A stretch of DNA of 64,000 nucleotides. Origin: a virus. Where the stretch lies: positions 1 through 64,000 of IMG/VR virus record IMGVR_UViG_3300009183_008543; one strand, given 5' to 3'. This document shows, piece after piece, positions 1 through 9,309 of the stretch; within the stretch, counting starts at the first letter, position 1, and each line of letters begins with the position of its first letter. The notes beneath the pieces are model-generated. The model saw only the letters and a program-made list of their open reading frames with translations. It made no database searches and was not told where the DNA came from. The translations under genes and the position numbers were made by a program.

Positions 1-819
1 AATAGATCATCTCCAGTACAAATTGGCAACGAAACAAACTGGAAGCAAGTTGATTGCGGAGGCGAACATACGGCTGCGGTAAAAACTGACGGAACCATTT
101 GGGCTTGGGGCGAAGGCGCAAACGGACGATTGGGAAATGAACAGACAAGTTCTTTTTCTTCCCCAATACAAACAGGAAACGGAAACAATTGGTCGAAGGT
201 TTCCTGCGGAGCAGACTTTACCTGTGCTATCAAGACCGACAAAACCATGTGGACTTGGGGAGATAATTATAATGGTAAATTGGGAGATGGAACGACAAAT
301 GATAAATCATCACCAGTCCAGATAAGTAGCGACAAATATTGGGGTGATGTGGCTTGTGGATTTTTCCACACCATGGCTATAACCAGTAATCCTCCAGTAA
401 GATTCAATTTCGTACATCCGACCTATACATTCGAAGTGGTAACATATACTCCAGAAAGCCTAATAGCTCTGGCTCCTTATCCAGACTCATTGGAGCATCT
501 GATTCTGAACCTACAGGCTCAGGAAGTAGTCATCAACAACAGAAGGTATAAGCATGGAGATCAATTCACGGAATTTGGATCAAGAGCTATACGACTCAAA
601 CAATTGTATGTTGATTCCAGCGATCCAGTACTAAAGATAGTTTGTGATGCTGGTTACAGATTTGAGAATAATAGATGCGTTCTTGATTGCCTTGAAAGCG
701 AAACGGCATGCGGTGGCGTTTGCTCCAATCTTCTTACCGATACGGACAATTGCGGTTCGTGCGGCAATGTGTGCGACAGTGGATACACATGCGTAAGTGG
801 AGTCTGCACAGCACCATAA
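1..819 (+). CDS. RCC1/BLIP-II repeat protein (5' truncated) with C-terminal Cys-rich Stig1-like motif
   Basis: Frame is open from base 1 (NRSSPVQIGNETNWKQVDCGGEHTAAVKTDGTIWAWG); repeats of the form W..V.CG..HT.A.KTD.T.W.WG....G.LG; ends CGGVCSNLLTDTDNCGSCGNVCDSGYTCVSGVC. Confidence 0.85.
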   Translation, partial: NRSSPVQIGNETNWKQVDCGGEHTAAVKTDGTIWAWGEGANGRLGNEQTSSFSSPIQTGNGNNWSKVSCGADFTCAIKTDKTMWTWGDNYNGKLGDGTTNDKSSPVQISSDKYWGDVACGFFHTMAITSNPPVRFNFVHPTYTFEVVTYTPESLIALAPYPDSLEHLILNLQAQEVVINNRRYKHGDQFTEFGSRAIRLKQLYVDSSDPVLKIVCDAGYRFENNRCVLDCLESETACGGVCSNLLTDTDNCGSCGNVCDSGYTCVSGVCTAP

Positions 820-822
820 CAA

Positions 823-1527
823 TTAAATTTCTTTAAAGTCTGCATCGAAAAAAAAGAAATCTTTGTAAAAGAAATCATACATTATTTTTTTTGCAAAGAT
901 TTCTTCGTTATCATTATCTTGAAATATTATTTTTGCTGGTATTCCTATTGTTCCAGCCAAATTTGCTATTTCTGCATCAATACCAAAATAATACGAACAA
1001 GAAAGAATTGTGTGCGAAATTCTTCTGGTGTCATCAAAATGATGAAGTCTATTTTTAAAATACTTTTTTGTTTTAATCCCGCCAACACAAATCGAATCTA
1101 TACTTCCAAATTCATTTATGATTTTATTCATTTCGATTTCCGACATGAGTTGGTTTAATTGAAAACAGGAAGATGTATTCTTGCCATAATATCTCAACTT
1201 GTTTAATGGCAAAAATACACTTTCAATTTTTTTATCAATTGTGAAATTTTTGTATCCAATTCTTTTTGGTTCATAATATTTATAATATTTTAAATCTAAA
1301 ATATCAAAATATTTAAATGGCGAAAAAGATTCCGCTTGATGCAATGGCATTTTCAAATAATTTAATACTGGTGCATAAGAAAATATTGTGAAGAAATCTC
1401 TTAGTGTTCTAGCATTTGAACTGGCTACAGATATTCTCATGCTATTCTCAATGGCATAAGAATACAATGAGTTCAAAGCGATTAAAGTTTCAGAAAAATT
1501 TAAGTTATGAAAATAAACATTGTTCAT
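823..1527 (-). CDS. GT9-like (heptosyltransferase-fold) glycosyltransferase, divergent paralog
   Basis: YFGIDAEIANLAGTIG is a degenerate form of the GT9 G.DSG..HLA..LG motif; collinear with three neighbouring paralogs. Confidence 0.55.
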   Translation of the reverse strand: MNNVYFHNLNFSETLIALNSLYSYAIENSMRISVASSNARTLRDFFTIFSYAPVLNYLKMPLHQAESFSPFKYFDILDLKYYKYYEPKRIGYKNFTIDKKIESVFLPLNKLRYYGKNTSSCFQLNQLMSEIEMNKIINEFGSIDSICVGGIKTKKYFKNRLHHFDDTRRISHTILSCSYYFGIDAEIANLAGTIGIPAKIIFQDNDNEEIFAKKIMYDFFYKDFFFFDADFKEI

Positions 1528-1544
1528 GACTTATATATCGCTTT

Positions 1545-2294
1545 TTATTTTAGAATTTTTCTATAATGCATTCTCAAACTTGGATACATGTGGTTGTACC
1601 AAGACTCAATTTGTTTTTGATGAAACAATGTTTGAATAACTACATCTCCAGACACTCCCAAAGAACCAGCAAGATGTGACATACCACTATCGATTCCAAA
1701 AAATCCTTGAGATCCCAAAAGAAATTTACTTTGTTCGAATAAATTTGAAAAATGAACTTTTACATCAGGCAAATATATTTTTGTTTCTGGTCTGCCAATA
1801 TAATATGAATTATCGTTGCCAAATAATTTTATTATGTTTTTAATTTCAATGAAATTAAAATGTCTTTTTTTAGGACCACAAGAAAAAGAATTTAATTGAA
1901 AACATTTATAATCTTTTTTATCAATACTACCAAGTTTATTTTTAGGCAAAATGAAATTATTGATCTTGATTGGTTCGATGCTTGTGTGTCCTATAATTAT
2001 TTCACACCAACCACCACCGATACAAAAATCTAAATCAGAAAAAAATATTTTTGAAAATGTAAATGGATATTTTAAAGATTGATTAATTTCAAATAATTCA
2101 ATTCTTTCATCATAATCAAAAATATCTAAAAGTTGTTTTACAACTAAGTCTTTCGTATGAATAATTACATAAAAATTTTCTTGGAAAGCCAAACTGTAAA
2201 TTCCATTTATAAGATGAATTATATCGCCAAGATGCAGGTGTCTAGTATTCTTCAAAGTAAAATATTCTATTCTTTTATTCATTTTGAAACTCAA
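1545..2294 (-). CDS. Short GT9-like glycosyltransferase
   Basis: N-terminal HLGD and FFGIDSGMSHLAGSLG motifs. Confidence 0.7.
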   Translation of the reverse strand: MSFKMNKRIEYFTLKNTRHLHLGDIIHLINGIYSLAFQENFYVIIHTKDLVVKQLLDIFDYDERIELFEINQSLKYPFTFSKIFFSDLDFCIGGGWCEIIIGHTSIEPIKINNFILPKNKLGSIDKKDYKCFQLNSFSCGPKKRHFNFIEIKNIIKLFGNDNSYYIGRPETKIYLPDVKVHFSNLFEQSKFLLGSQGFFGIDSGMSHLAGSLGVSGDVVIQTLFHQKQIESWYNHMYPSLRMHYRKILK

Positions 2295-2304
2295 TAATAA
2301 ACAT

Positions 2305-2312
2305 TATTTATA
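2305..2312 (-). promoter_or_regulatory. T4-like late promoter TATAAATA
   Basis: Exact TATAAATA on the minus strand just upstream of 1545..2294. Confidence 0.5.
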
Positions 2313-2329
2313 CAATATATATCTATTAT

Positions 2330-3064
2330 TTAATTTAAAATTTTTCTGATGTGCATTCTCAAACTTGGATACATGAAATTGTACCAAGCTTGAACATATT
2401 TGGCTTGACAAGTTGCTTGAATAACTACATCTCCAGATATTCCCAAAGAACCAGCGAGATGCGACATGCCACTATCGATTCCAAAGAATCCTTGAGATCC
2501 TAAAAGAAATTTACTTTGTTCGAATAAATTTGAAAAATGAACTTTTACATCAGGCAAATATATTTTTGTTTCTGGTCTGCCAATATAATATGAATTATCG
2601 TTGCCAAATAATTCTATTATTTTTTTAATCTCATTGAAATTAAAATGTCGTTTTCGTGGTGGACTACAAGAAAAAGAGTTTAATTGAAAACATTTATAAT
2701 CTTTTTTATCTATATTGCCAAGTTTGTTTTTAGGCAAAATGAAATTATTGATCTTGATTGGTTCGATAGTCATACTACCTAGTGGTTTTTGACACCAACC
2801 ACCAAAACAAAAATCATTTTTAAATATATTTGAAAATGTAAATGGATATTTCAATAATAAACTAAATTTTGATAGTTCAATTCTTTCATCATAATCAAAA
2901 ATATCTAAAAGTTGCTTTACAGCTAAATCTTTCGTATGAATAATTGCATAAAAATTTTCTTGAATAGCCAAGCTATAAATTGCATTGATAAAGTTGATTG
3001 TATCTCCAAGGTGCATATTGCACAATATAAAAGATTCCATTCTTTTATTCATGTTAAACCTCAA
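2330..3064 (-). CDS. Short GT9-like glycosyltransferase (recent tandem duplicate of 1545..2294)
   Basis: HLGD and FFGIDSGMSHLAGSLG; long near-identical DNA tracts shared with 1545..2294. Confidence 0.7.
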   Translation of the reverse strand: MRFNMNKRMESFILCNMHLGDTINFINAIYSLAIQENFYAIIHTKDLAVKQLLDIFDYDERIELSKFSLLLKYPFTFSNIFKNDFCFGGWCQKPLGSMTIEPIKINNFILPKNKLGNIDKKDYKCFQLNSFSCSPPRKRHFNFNEIKKIIELFGNDNSYYIGRPETKIYLPDVKVHFSNLFEQSKFLLGSQGFFGIDSGMSHLAGSLGISGDVVIQATCQAKYVQAWYNFMYPSLRMHIRKILN

Positions 3065-3171
3065 TTGTTATTTAAAAATAAACTAAAACAACAATACTAA
3101 TTTAAACACATACATAATATTTACATTTTGATGTTCGATTATTTAATGATAATGTTTCCAATTGAAAAGAT

Positions 3172-3639
3172 ATGAATAAAAATTATTGGTCTATTGAACT
3201 GTCGCATCCGTATTCGCCATCAAACGAAGATGTAAATACATATAAAAATAACATAAAAAAAGGAACTACTCTTTTACTAGGATGCACTCATAAATTGTTA
3301 CCATTTAGCGACTTTCAAATGGATATAGATCCTTGGTACGAAGCACCTACTGTAATCGTTAAAGATTGGGTCAATAATGATAAATTTTACAACAATATGA
3401 TTGGCGATGGCGTTTTGAACTTTACTAAAGATTTAACAGAAAAAATCATCAAAATGTCTGAGGCATATAGTGAGGTTTTGATTGTTAGATGCTTCAATAA
3501 GAAATTGCCAAACATGAAAATAGCAAATTATTTCCCAACAGAAAACGACTTTGTATTGAAGCCAAGTAAAGCCGTAAACCATCAAGATTACAACTTTTTT
3601 ATATGGAATTTCAAAAATGAATCAAAAGGCAGAAGCTGA
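3172..3639 (+). CDS. Short class I SAM-methyltransferase-like protein
   Basis: LLLGCT, KDW and MIGDGVLNF motifs; overlaps the PaaK-like gene. Confidence 0.45.
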   Translation: MNKNYWSIELSHPYSPSNEDVNTYKNNIKKGTTLLLGCTHKLLPFSDFQMDIDPWYEAPTVIVKDWVNNDKFYNNMIGDGVLNFTKDLTEKIIKMSEAYSEVLIVRCFNKKLPNMKIANYFPTENDFVLKPSKAVNHQDYNFFIWNFKNESKGRS

Positions 3640-4645
3640 TCTTAAGATAACCTTAGAAAAATTTGAAATAGGTCAATGGTCACATAAGCCCAACTTCAAC
3701 ATCATTTCTAAATTTCCAATCATGAGCAAAGAATTTCTTCGAAAAGTAGAAATGAAAAAACATCTCTTTACATGTAGCACATCTGGATCGACAGGAGAAC
3801 CAGTATCAGTAGAAAAAACATATGAAGATTATATCTGGTACATGGCAACAACAATAAGAGAGTTTTTTTGGCGTAAATGGAATTTCACAAAAAATGTTGC
3901 AATAATTAGAGGCGACAATAAAATAGAAGATTTAGAAACTTGGGGACTACCAAAATTCATAGCACCAACACAAGGCATGACATACAAAATGAATTTTGCA
4001 CCTATAAGTGTAATTCAATCTTGGCTAGAAGAAAAAAATCCACATTACATTCATTGTTATCCGTCTGTTTTAAAACAAATTGATTTATCAAAAATAACAA
4101 ATCTAATTGATGTGAAAGGCACAGGAGAATTAGGCGGAACTATGTTTTCATCTGAAGAGTGTGGAACTATAGCAATACAATGTCCTGATAAAAAAAACAA
4201 TTATCATGTTATGGAAAATCAAATGGTAGAAGTCGATACTGATGGTGGCATGATCATAAGCACCATGACAAACCCTTACATTAGAAGATATAAAAATGGC
4301 GACCATATAGAGCTTGGAGAATGTACTTGTGGAAGAACACTACAAACCATTACGAAAATAAATGGTAGGGTTAGAAATATGTTTGTACTTCCAAACGGTG
4401 ACAAAAAATGGCCATTAGTTGGAAGCAGAGACTATTATTCAAGATTTGGTATTAAAAGGTACAAAGTCATTCAGACGAAAATAGACGAAATTGAATTGCA
4501 AATAATTTGCAATCCACTTAGAGAAAAAGAAAAAGAATTAAAAGAGTTGGTGTTGGAATGGCTGCAATCGCCAGTAAATATAAACATCAAATATGTTGAT
4601 TCTTTTCAAAATTACAAACATGAAGAATTTATTTCATTGATATAG
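3617..4645 (+). CDS. Phenylacetate-CoA ligase/CapK-like adenylate-forming enzyme
   Basis: STSGSTGEP P-loop, SSEECG, RRYKNGD, CTCGRTL, INGR motifs. Confidence 0.85.
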   Translation: MNQKAEADLKITLEKFEIGQWSHKPNFNIISKFPIMSKEFLRKVEMKKHLFTCSTSGSTGEPVSVEKTYEDYIWYMATTIREFFWRKWNFTKNVAIIRGDNKIEDLETWGLPKFIAPTQGMTYKMNFAPISVIQSWLEEKNPHYIHCYPSVLKQIDLSKITNLIDVKGTGELGGTMFSSEECGTIAIQCPDKKNNYHVMENQMVEVDTDGGMIISTMTNPYIRRYKNGDHIELGECTCGRTLQTITKINGRVRNMFVLPNGDKKWPLVGSRDYYSRFGIKRYKVIQTKIDEIELQIICNPLREKEKELKELVLEWLQSPVNINIKYVDSFQNYKHEEFISLI

Positions 4646-4651
4646 TCAAAC

Positions 4652-5386
4652 TTAATTCTTTAATATTTTTCTACTATGGACACGCAATGTTGGATACATT
4701 ATTCCATAAGCTTGATAAATACAATCGGTAAAATTAGGATGTAATCCTTGAGCAACTACATCTCCAGAAATTTTTAAAGATCCTGCCAAATGTGACATTC
4801 CGCTATCAACTCCAAAAAATGATTTACAACCTAATATAAATTTACTTTGATCAATCAAATTTGCAAAATGAACTTTCATATCTGGTATTGATATCATTGT
4901 TCCAACATTCCCAATAAAATAAGAATTACCCTCATCAAATATATTTAATATTTTTTTAATTTCATGCATATTAAGTCTTGGCTTTGCCCACCAATGAGAC
5001 CTTGAATTTACTTGATAGCATTTATATTCTTTTTTTTCTTTTTGTGGCAATTTGCAATTTGGCAGTTTAAAACCTTCTAAATAAACAGGTTTAAATGTGC
5101 TTCCTCCAAATCTCCTGCCAGTCCAAACTGCTTTATTTTTTGTATTTAAATATTGCCCTATGGTAAAATGATAAGGTAATCCGGGAGTTCTTTTAACAAT
5201 TTCTATCTTATCTTGATAATCAAAAATTTCCATCAATTGTCTTCCAACAATATGTTGATTGTAATGTATTTTTGCTTTAAATTCATGTTGTAATGCAAGA
5301 TTATAAATTATATTTGTGCATGCAATATTATCACCAAGATGAATTGGACCAAGATTAAATAATTCTACTTTTTCTTCTTGTGTCAT
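4652..5386 (-). CDS. Short GT9-like glycosyltransferase
   Basis: IHLGD and FFGVDSGMSHLAGSL motifs; paralog of 1545..3064. Confidence 0.7.
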   Translation of the reverse strand: MTQEEKVELFNLGPIHLGDNIACTNIIYNLALQHEFKAKIHYNQHIVGRQLMEIFDYQDKIEIVKRTPGLPYHFTIGQYLNTKNKAVWTGRRFGGSTFKPVYLEGFKLPNCKLPQKEKKEYKCYQVNSRSHWWAKPRLNMHEIKKILNIFDEGNSYFIGNVGTMISIPDMKVHFANLIDQSKFILGCKSFFGVDSGMSHLAGSLKISGDVVAQGLHPNFTDCIYQAYGIMYPTLRVHSRKILKN

Positions 5387-5475
5387 AAATAAACCTCAAT
5401 TTATATATGTGATTAGAAAAATAGTTAAGTATGAACATGAAATATAATATGTTTTTAAGAAATAATGTTGATTTT

Positions 5476-5679
5476 TTAGATCAAATAATCAACAACTTTA
5501 GATTTATTGATAAAATTTTCTATTTTAGAAGTACAATTGCCACAAAAATTAAAAGATTTCCCATCCACTTTGACAAAAGTAGAATAATCATATACAGATA
5601 AATCAGATGCGTCTGCCACGCATGACTTATTGCAAATATCACAAATGACCGATGAAATTTTATCTTCAATTTTAATCAT
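5476..5679 (-). CDS. Small Zn-finger protein
   Basis: CDIC...CGNC. Confidence 0.55.
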   Translation of the reverse strand: MIKIEDKISSVICDICNKSCVADASDLSVYDYSTFVKVDGKSFNFCGNCTSKIENFINKSKVVDYLI

Positions 5680-5995
5680 TGAATACCTTCAATAAGCAAA
5701 AGCCAATAAAAACAACAAACAAACCAACTAGTTGCATATAATTTAGTTTGAATTGAAAAATAAATATCGGAAGTATGTATCCTATAACCATTATCATTAA
5801 ATCCCAATACGCACTATTTAAAAGTATGCTTTCTTTGTTTGGTAAATTTTTAGCAAAATAAAACCAAAAAAAAGCTGCACATGTATTTAAAAAAAGATTA
5901 ATCCATATGAAATGTTTAGAAAGCCTTATGGATTCTGTAAAAGTCATCAGCATAATGGCTATGTAAAAAACAGAAGCAATAAGGTAATATATCAT
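5672..5995 (-). CDS. Small 4-TM membrane protein (SMR/DMT-like size)
   Basis: 107 aa, four hydrophobic segments, C-terminal QLVGLFVVFIGFCLL. Confidence 0.55.
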   Translation of the reverse strand: MIYYLIASVFYIAIMLMTFTESIRLSKHFIWINLFLNTCAAFFWFYFAKNLPNKESILLNSAYWDLMIMVIGYILPIFIFQFKLNYMQLVGLFVVFIGFCLLKVFND

Positions 5996-6000
5996 TGTCC

Positions 6001-7116
6001 TTATATATAAGGATTGTTTTCACATATTTTTTTAATTTCATTAAAAGGCTTTATATCAAGTTTTTCTTTGCATTGTTCAATACTAAATCCAAGTTCTTTA
6101 AATTCTCCCATTCTTATCAATTGATCCAAATTCATATCTTCAACTTCACCCTCCCAATCGCCTAAAAATCTCTTTCTTATACTGCAACTTGGATTGTCAA
6201 AATTCCTTACATATTTAAATCTACTTGGTCTCTGTTTTAAGGCATCGTCAATTTTTTCAATATCATTTGCTGTCATAAAAAATGCAACTTGCTCATAATT
6301 GTTATAAACTCCATCCATGCAGTTCAAAATAGAATCAAATGTGAATTTGATTCCCATGTTATTTCCACCATGATTGCTTTCGCCAATAATGCATTTTCTT
6401 TTGTCAAAATAGTTATCGAAATCTTCGAGCAATACAATGCACTTTTCTGGTATTTGACTAAACAAAAACATGATGTCCATATTTGTAAATTCTGGAACAA
6501 AAGTTATTATAACTATTGGCAAATTATATTTGACAGACAAATATTTGATAAAAGAAGTTTTGCCATTTCCGGGTTTGCCATAAAGTATAGCTCCTGTTTT
6601 CATAAGGCTTCCATCAGCCACTTTGCTTACTTCTTCTTCAATGTCTTTCCATAATAGTTCATCTATTATTGGTTTATCTGCAATTTTTATTGATCCGATT
6701 TTGTCAGTATACCAAGGAGTTGCAACCAATACTGGAACTCCAAATAAATTCAATTGTATTTTTTTCAACTCATCTTCTAAAAATCTTTTAAGTTCTCCGT
6801 AAGACCAACGCAAGCAAGTGATTGTAGTTGTTAAATCTTTTCCTTGAAATCCTGCTTGTAATAGTCTTTCGCCATGAGACAAATAAAATGTTGGAACTCC
6901 TTTGAATTTCAAAAAAGCTCTATAAATGACAGGGTGTCTACTTTCAGTGAAAAACTCTTCTTCTACGATAAATTTTGGGCAAGTATCAACTATTTCATAT
7001 AAAGTTCTAAATGTATTGTTATCTACCCTTATTTCCATAAAAACGATATAACGCATAAAAGCCCAAATTCCAACTAAACTTCCGCCTATTGCAATGATAG
7101 CTGTAAACCAATTCAT
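6001..7116 (-). CDS. BCS1-like membrane-anchored AAA+ ATPase
   Basis: N-terminal TM; GAILYGKPGNGKTS (Walker A), LLEDFD (Walker B), ILNCMDGV, FMTAN, DDALKQRPSRF; start moved to ATG 7116 behind GGAG. Confidence 0.8.
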   Translation of the reverse strand: MNWFTAIIAIGGSLVGIWAFMRYIVFMEIRVDNNTFRTLYEIVDTCPKFIVEEEFFTESRHPVIYRAFLKFKGVPTFYLSHGERLLQAGFQGKDLTTTITCLRWSYGELKRFLEDELKKIQLNLFGVPVLVATPWYTDKIGSIKIADKPIIDELLWKDIEEEVSKVADGSLMKTGAILYGKPGNGKTSFIKYLSVKYNLPIVIITFVPEFTNMDIMFLFSQIPEKCIVLLEDFDNYFDKRKCIIGESNHGGNNMGIKFTFDSILNCMDGVYNNYEQVAFFMTANDIEKIDDALKQRPSRFKYVRNFDNPSCSIRKRFLGDWEGEVEDMNLDQLIRMGEFKELGFSIEQCKEKLDIKPFNEIKKICENNPYI

Positions 7117-7176
7117 AAGATCTACTCCAAAATAATATTTTATATTATACATTCATTGAAAACGAATTGCAAATGC

Positions 7177-7184
7177 CATAAATA
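7177..7184 (+). promoter_or_regulatory. Late-promoter-like CATAAATA
   Basis: Same octamer lies directly upstream of genes at 10413-10420, 30996-31003, 36971-36978 and 38900-38907 (minus strand). Confidence 0.55.
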
Positions 7185-7201
7185 AGGAAAATGGAGATAA
7201 T

Positions 7202-7591
7202 ATGAAAAGTATAAATGAATTTAAGGCTGGAAATAAGATAAAAGGTTTTGTTGGTAAATTATTTGAAGCAAGGCAAGTTACTCATTCAGCACATCTCCAA
7301 ACAAAAAGTTATTCAGAACACAAGGCTCTTGGTCACTTTTATGAAGGTTTGCTAGATTTGTCAGATTCATTTATTGAAACATATCAGGGTCAATATGGAA
7401 TTGTTACTGGTTATGATTCGTTAAGTGTAAAAGTTCCAGATAGCATAGAAAAATACCTCGAAGACTTTGCTGGTGAAGTTAAATCTGCTCGTAAAAATTT
7501 AGATGAGGATGATACTCATTTGCAAAACATGTTAGACGAAGTTTTAGGATTAATTTATTCGACCTTATACAAAGTAAAATACCTCAAGTAA
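7202..7591 (+). CDS. DUF5856 family ferritin/Dps-like phage protein
   Basis: HLQTKSYSEHKALGHFYEGL.DL.DSFIETYQGQYG and LQNMLDEV...TLYK..YL, typical of T4-like large phages. Confidence 0.85.
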   Translation: MKSINEFKAGNKIKGFVGKLFEARQVTHSAHLQTKSYSEHKALGHFYEGLLDLSDSFIETYQGQYGIVTGYDSLSVKVPDSIEKYLEDFAGEVKSARKNLDEDDTHLQNMLDEVLGLIYSTLYKVKYLK

Positions 7592-7647
7592 AATTTAAGA
7601 TGTTTTACTCAATAAATAATAATATATTTTATTCAATTTGGATTTAC

Positions 7648-8697
7648 ATGAAAAATAGGAAAATAGCAAATAGCGATTATATAAAAAGAAAAATCAATCA
7701 ATCATTGCAAAAAAAAATAATATTAAATGTAAAAATACCTAGTAAAATACCAAAAAAAATATTTTTAGAATCACACAATCATGATTGTAAAAGAAAAAAA
7801 GAAAGTCCATTTTTAACAACCATACCATCAAAAATTATAAGACTTGATTTGCCAGAAGCTGGGAGCTTTAATGCCGGAATATTAGATTTAGGCAATAAAA
7901 TATTATGTGTTTATAGATCAAACGAATACGAATTCATAGCTTGTTTTTTAAATTACGAATATAAAGTTATCGATGATTTTTATTATAAGTTCAAAATGTA
8001 CGGTGTTACCGATCCAAGAATAATTAAAACTCCTGACAATAAAGTTCTTATGTCTTATTCTATGAAGTTTGATAATTGCAATACAGAAAGTATTGCAGGA
8101 ACAATTATCATGGATTTAAGTAAATCAGATAATGAAATTTTTGAAGATAAAACAATTAGAATAAGCCCAAAAGAAATTGCAGGCAGACAAAAAAATTGGA
8201 TGCCTTTTGTTCATGAAAAAAAATTATACTTTATTTCAAACATACATCCACATGAGATTTATGAAGTCCACACAGGAAGCATCATAAAATCACAAAAAAA
8301 ATATATAACATCATTTAAAAACAAATGGTTTATGCAAACTGGATTAAGAGGTAACACAAATGCAGTTCTCTTGCCAAATGGCAATTATTTGACAACATTT
8401 CACACAGTTGCAAGAGACAGAAATTTACATTATTATGACAATGGTTTTTATATTTTTGAAGGCAAACCACCATTTAAAGTAACGCATATGTCTGAAAAAA
8501 CATATTTAAAAGCAGAAGATGCCACAGAACCTCATTATAGAAAATCTGGTCTTATACTGTGTGCATTTCCAGTAGGAATGATTCTTAAAGAAAATAAAGT
8601 TGTTATAAGTTATGGCGATAATGATTCTTGTGTAAAAATACTTGAATCATCCTTAGATGATGTCATGAGCATGATGGTGGAGGTAAACGACAAATAG
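7648..8697 (+). CDS. Five-bladed beta-propeller GH130-like glycoside hydrolase/phosphorylase or mannosyltransferase
   Basis: SFNAGI, TDPRI, QKNWMPF, LRGNT, FPVG, SYGDND motifs. Confidence 0.7.
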   Translation: MKNRKIANSDYIKRKINQSLQKKIILNVKIPSKIPKKIFLESHNHDCKRKKESPFLTTIPSKIIRLDLPEAGSFNAGILDLGNKILCVYRSNEYEFIACFLNYEYKVIDDFYYKFKMYGVTDPRIIKTPDNKVLMSYSMKFDNCNTESIAGTIIMDLSKSDNEIFEDKTIRISPKEIAGRQKNWMPFVHEKKLYFISNIHPHEIYEVHTGSIIKSQKKYITSFKNKWFMQTGLRGNTNAVLLPNGNYLTTFHTVARDRNLHYYDNGFYIFEGKPPFKVTHMSEKTYLKAEDATEPHYRKSGLILCAFPVGMILKENKVVISYGDNDSCVKILESSLDDVMSMMVEVNDK

Positions 8698-8709
8698 ATC
8701 AAAAATTTT

Positions 8710-9309
8710 TTAGTCTTGTTTTTCAAAGTAAAAGCTATAACCTTCCCATCCAGAACCATAAACGGCTCTTTCTGGTGAATTATCATCCGAAGTATGAAAT
8801 AATTTTATTCCTTTTGATGCAGTAAATTCATCTACGGCTCTTTTTACATTATAGCTTTCATCAGGTCCAGCGGCATAGTCATGACCAGCAAAAATTCCAC
8901 CCTTCTTAATCTTAGGATACCAAATGTTTAAATCGTTGAGACAACCTTGATAACTGTGATTTGCATCTAAATAAATAAAATCAACATGGTTATCATAAAA
9001 CTTATTTACAGCAACATTTGACCACATTTTAAAAAATGAAACATGTTTATAATTCTCAAAATCTTTTAAAACTTGATGATATCTTGTAATTTGAACTTCA
9101 TTCGATAAATTACATGGATCATTGTATCCTTCACTTTGATTTTCCCAAAAATCAATTGCAAATAACTTTTGACATGTTTTCCAAGAATCAACAATTTGTT
9201 TTGTAAAGTGACCTGCTGCAACGCCAATTTCTACACCAATCCCATTTGGAAATTTTTTATCGATATACTCAAGTAGTTCTACTCTATTTTTAAAATTTTC
9301 ACTTAACAT
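8710..9309 (-). CDS. Methyltransf_24-type SAM methyltransferase
   Basis: GVEIGVAAG, DFIYLDANHSY, KKGGIFAGHDY. Confidence 0.85.
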   Translation of the reverse strand: MLSENFKNRVELLEYIDKKFPNGIGVEIGVAAGHFTKQIVDSWKTCQKLFAIDFWENQSEGYNDPCNLSNEVQITRYHQVLKDFENYKHVSFFKMWSNVAVNKFYDNHVDFIYLDANHSYQGCLNDLNIWYPKIKKGGIFAGHDYAAGPDESYNVKRAVDEFTASKGIKLFHTSDDNSPERAVYGSGWEGYSFYFEKQD

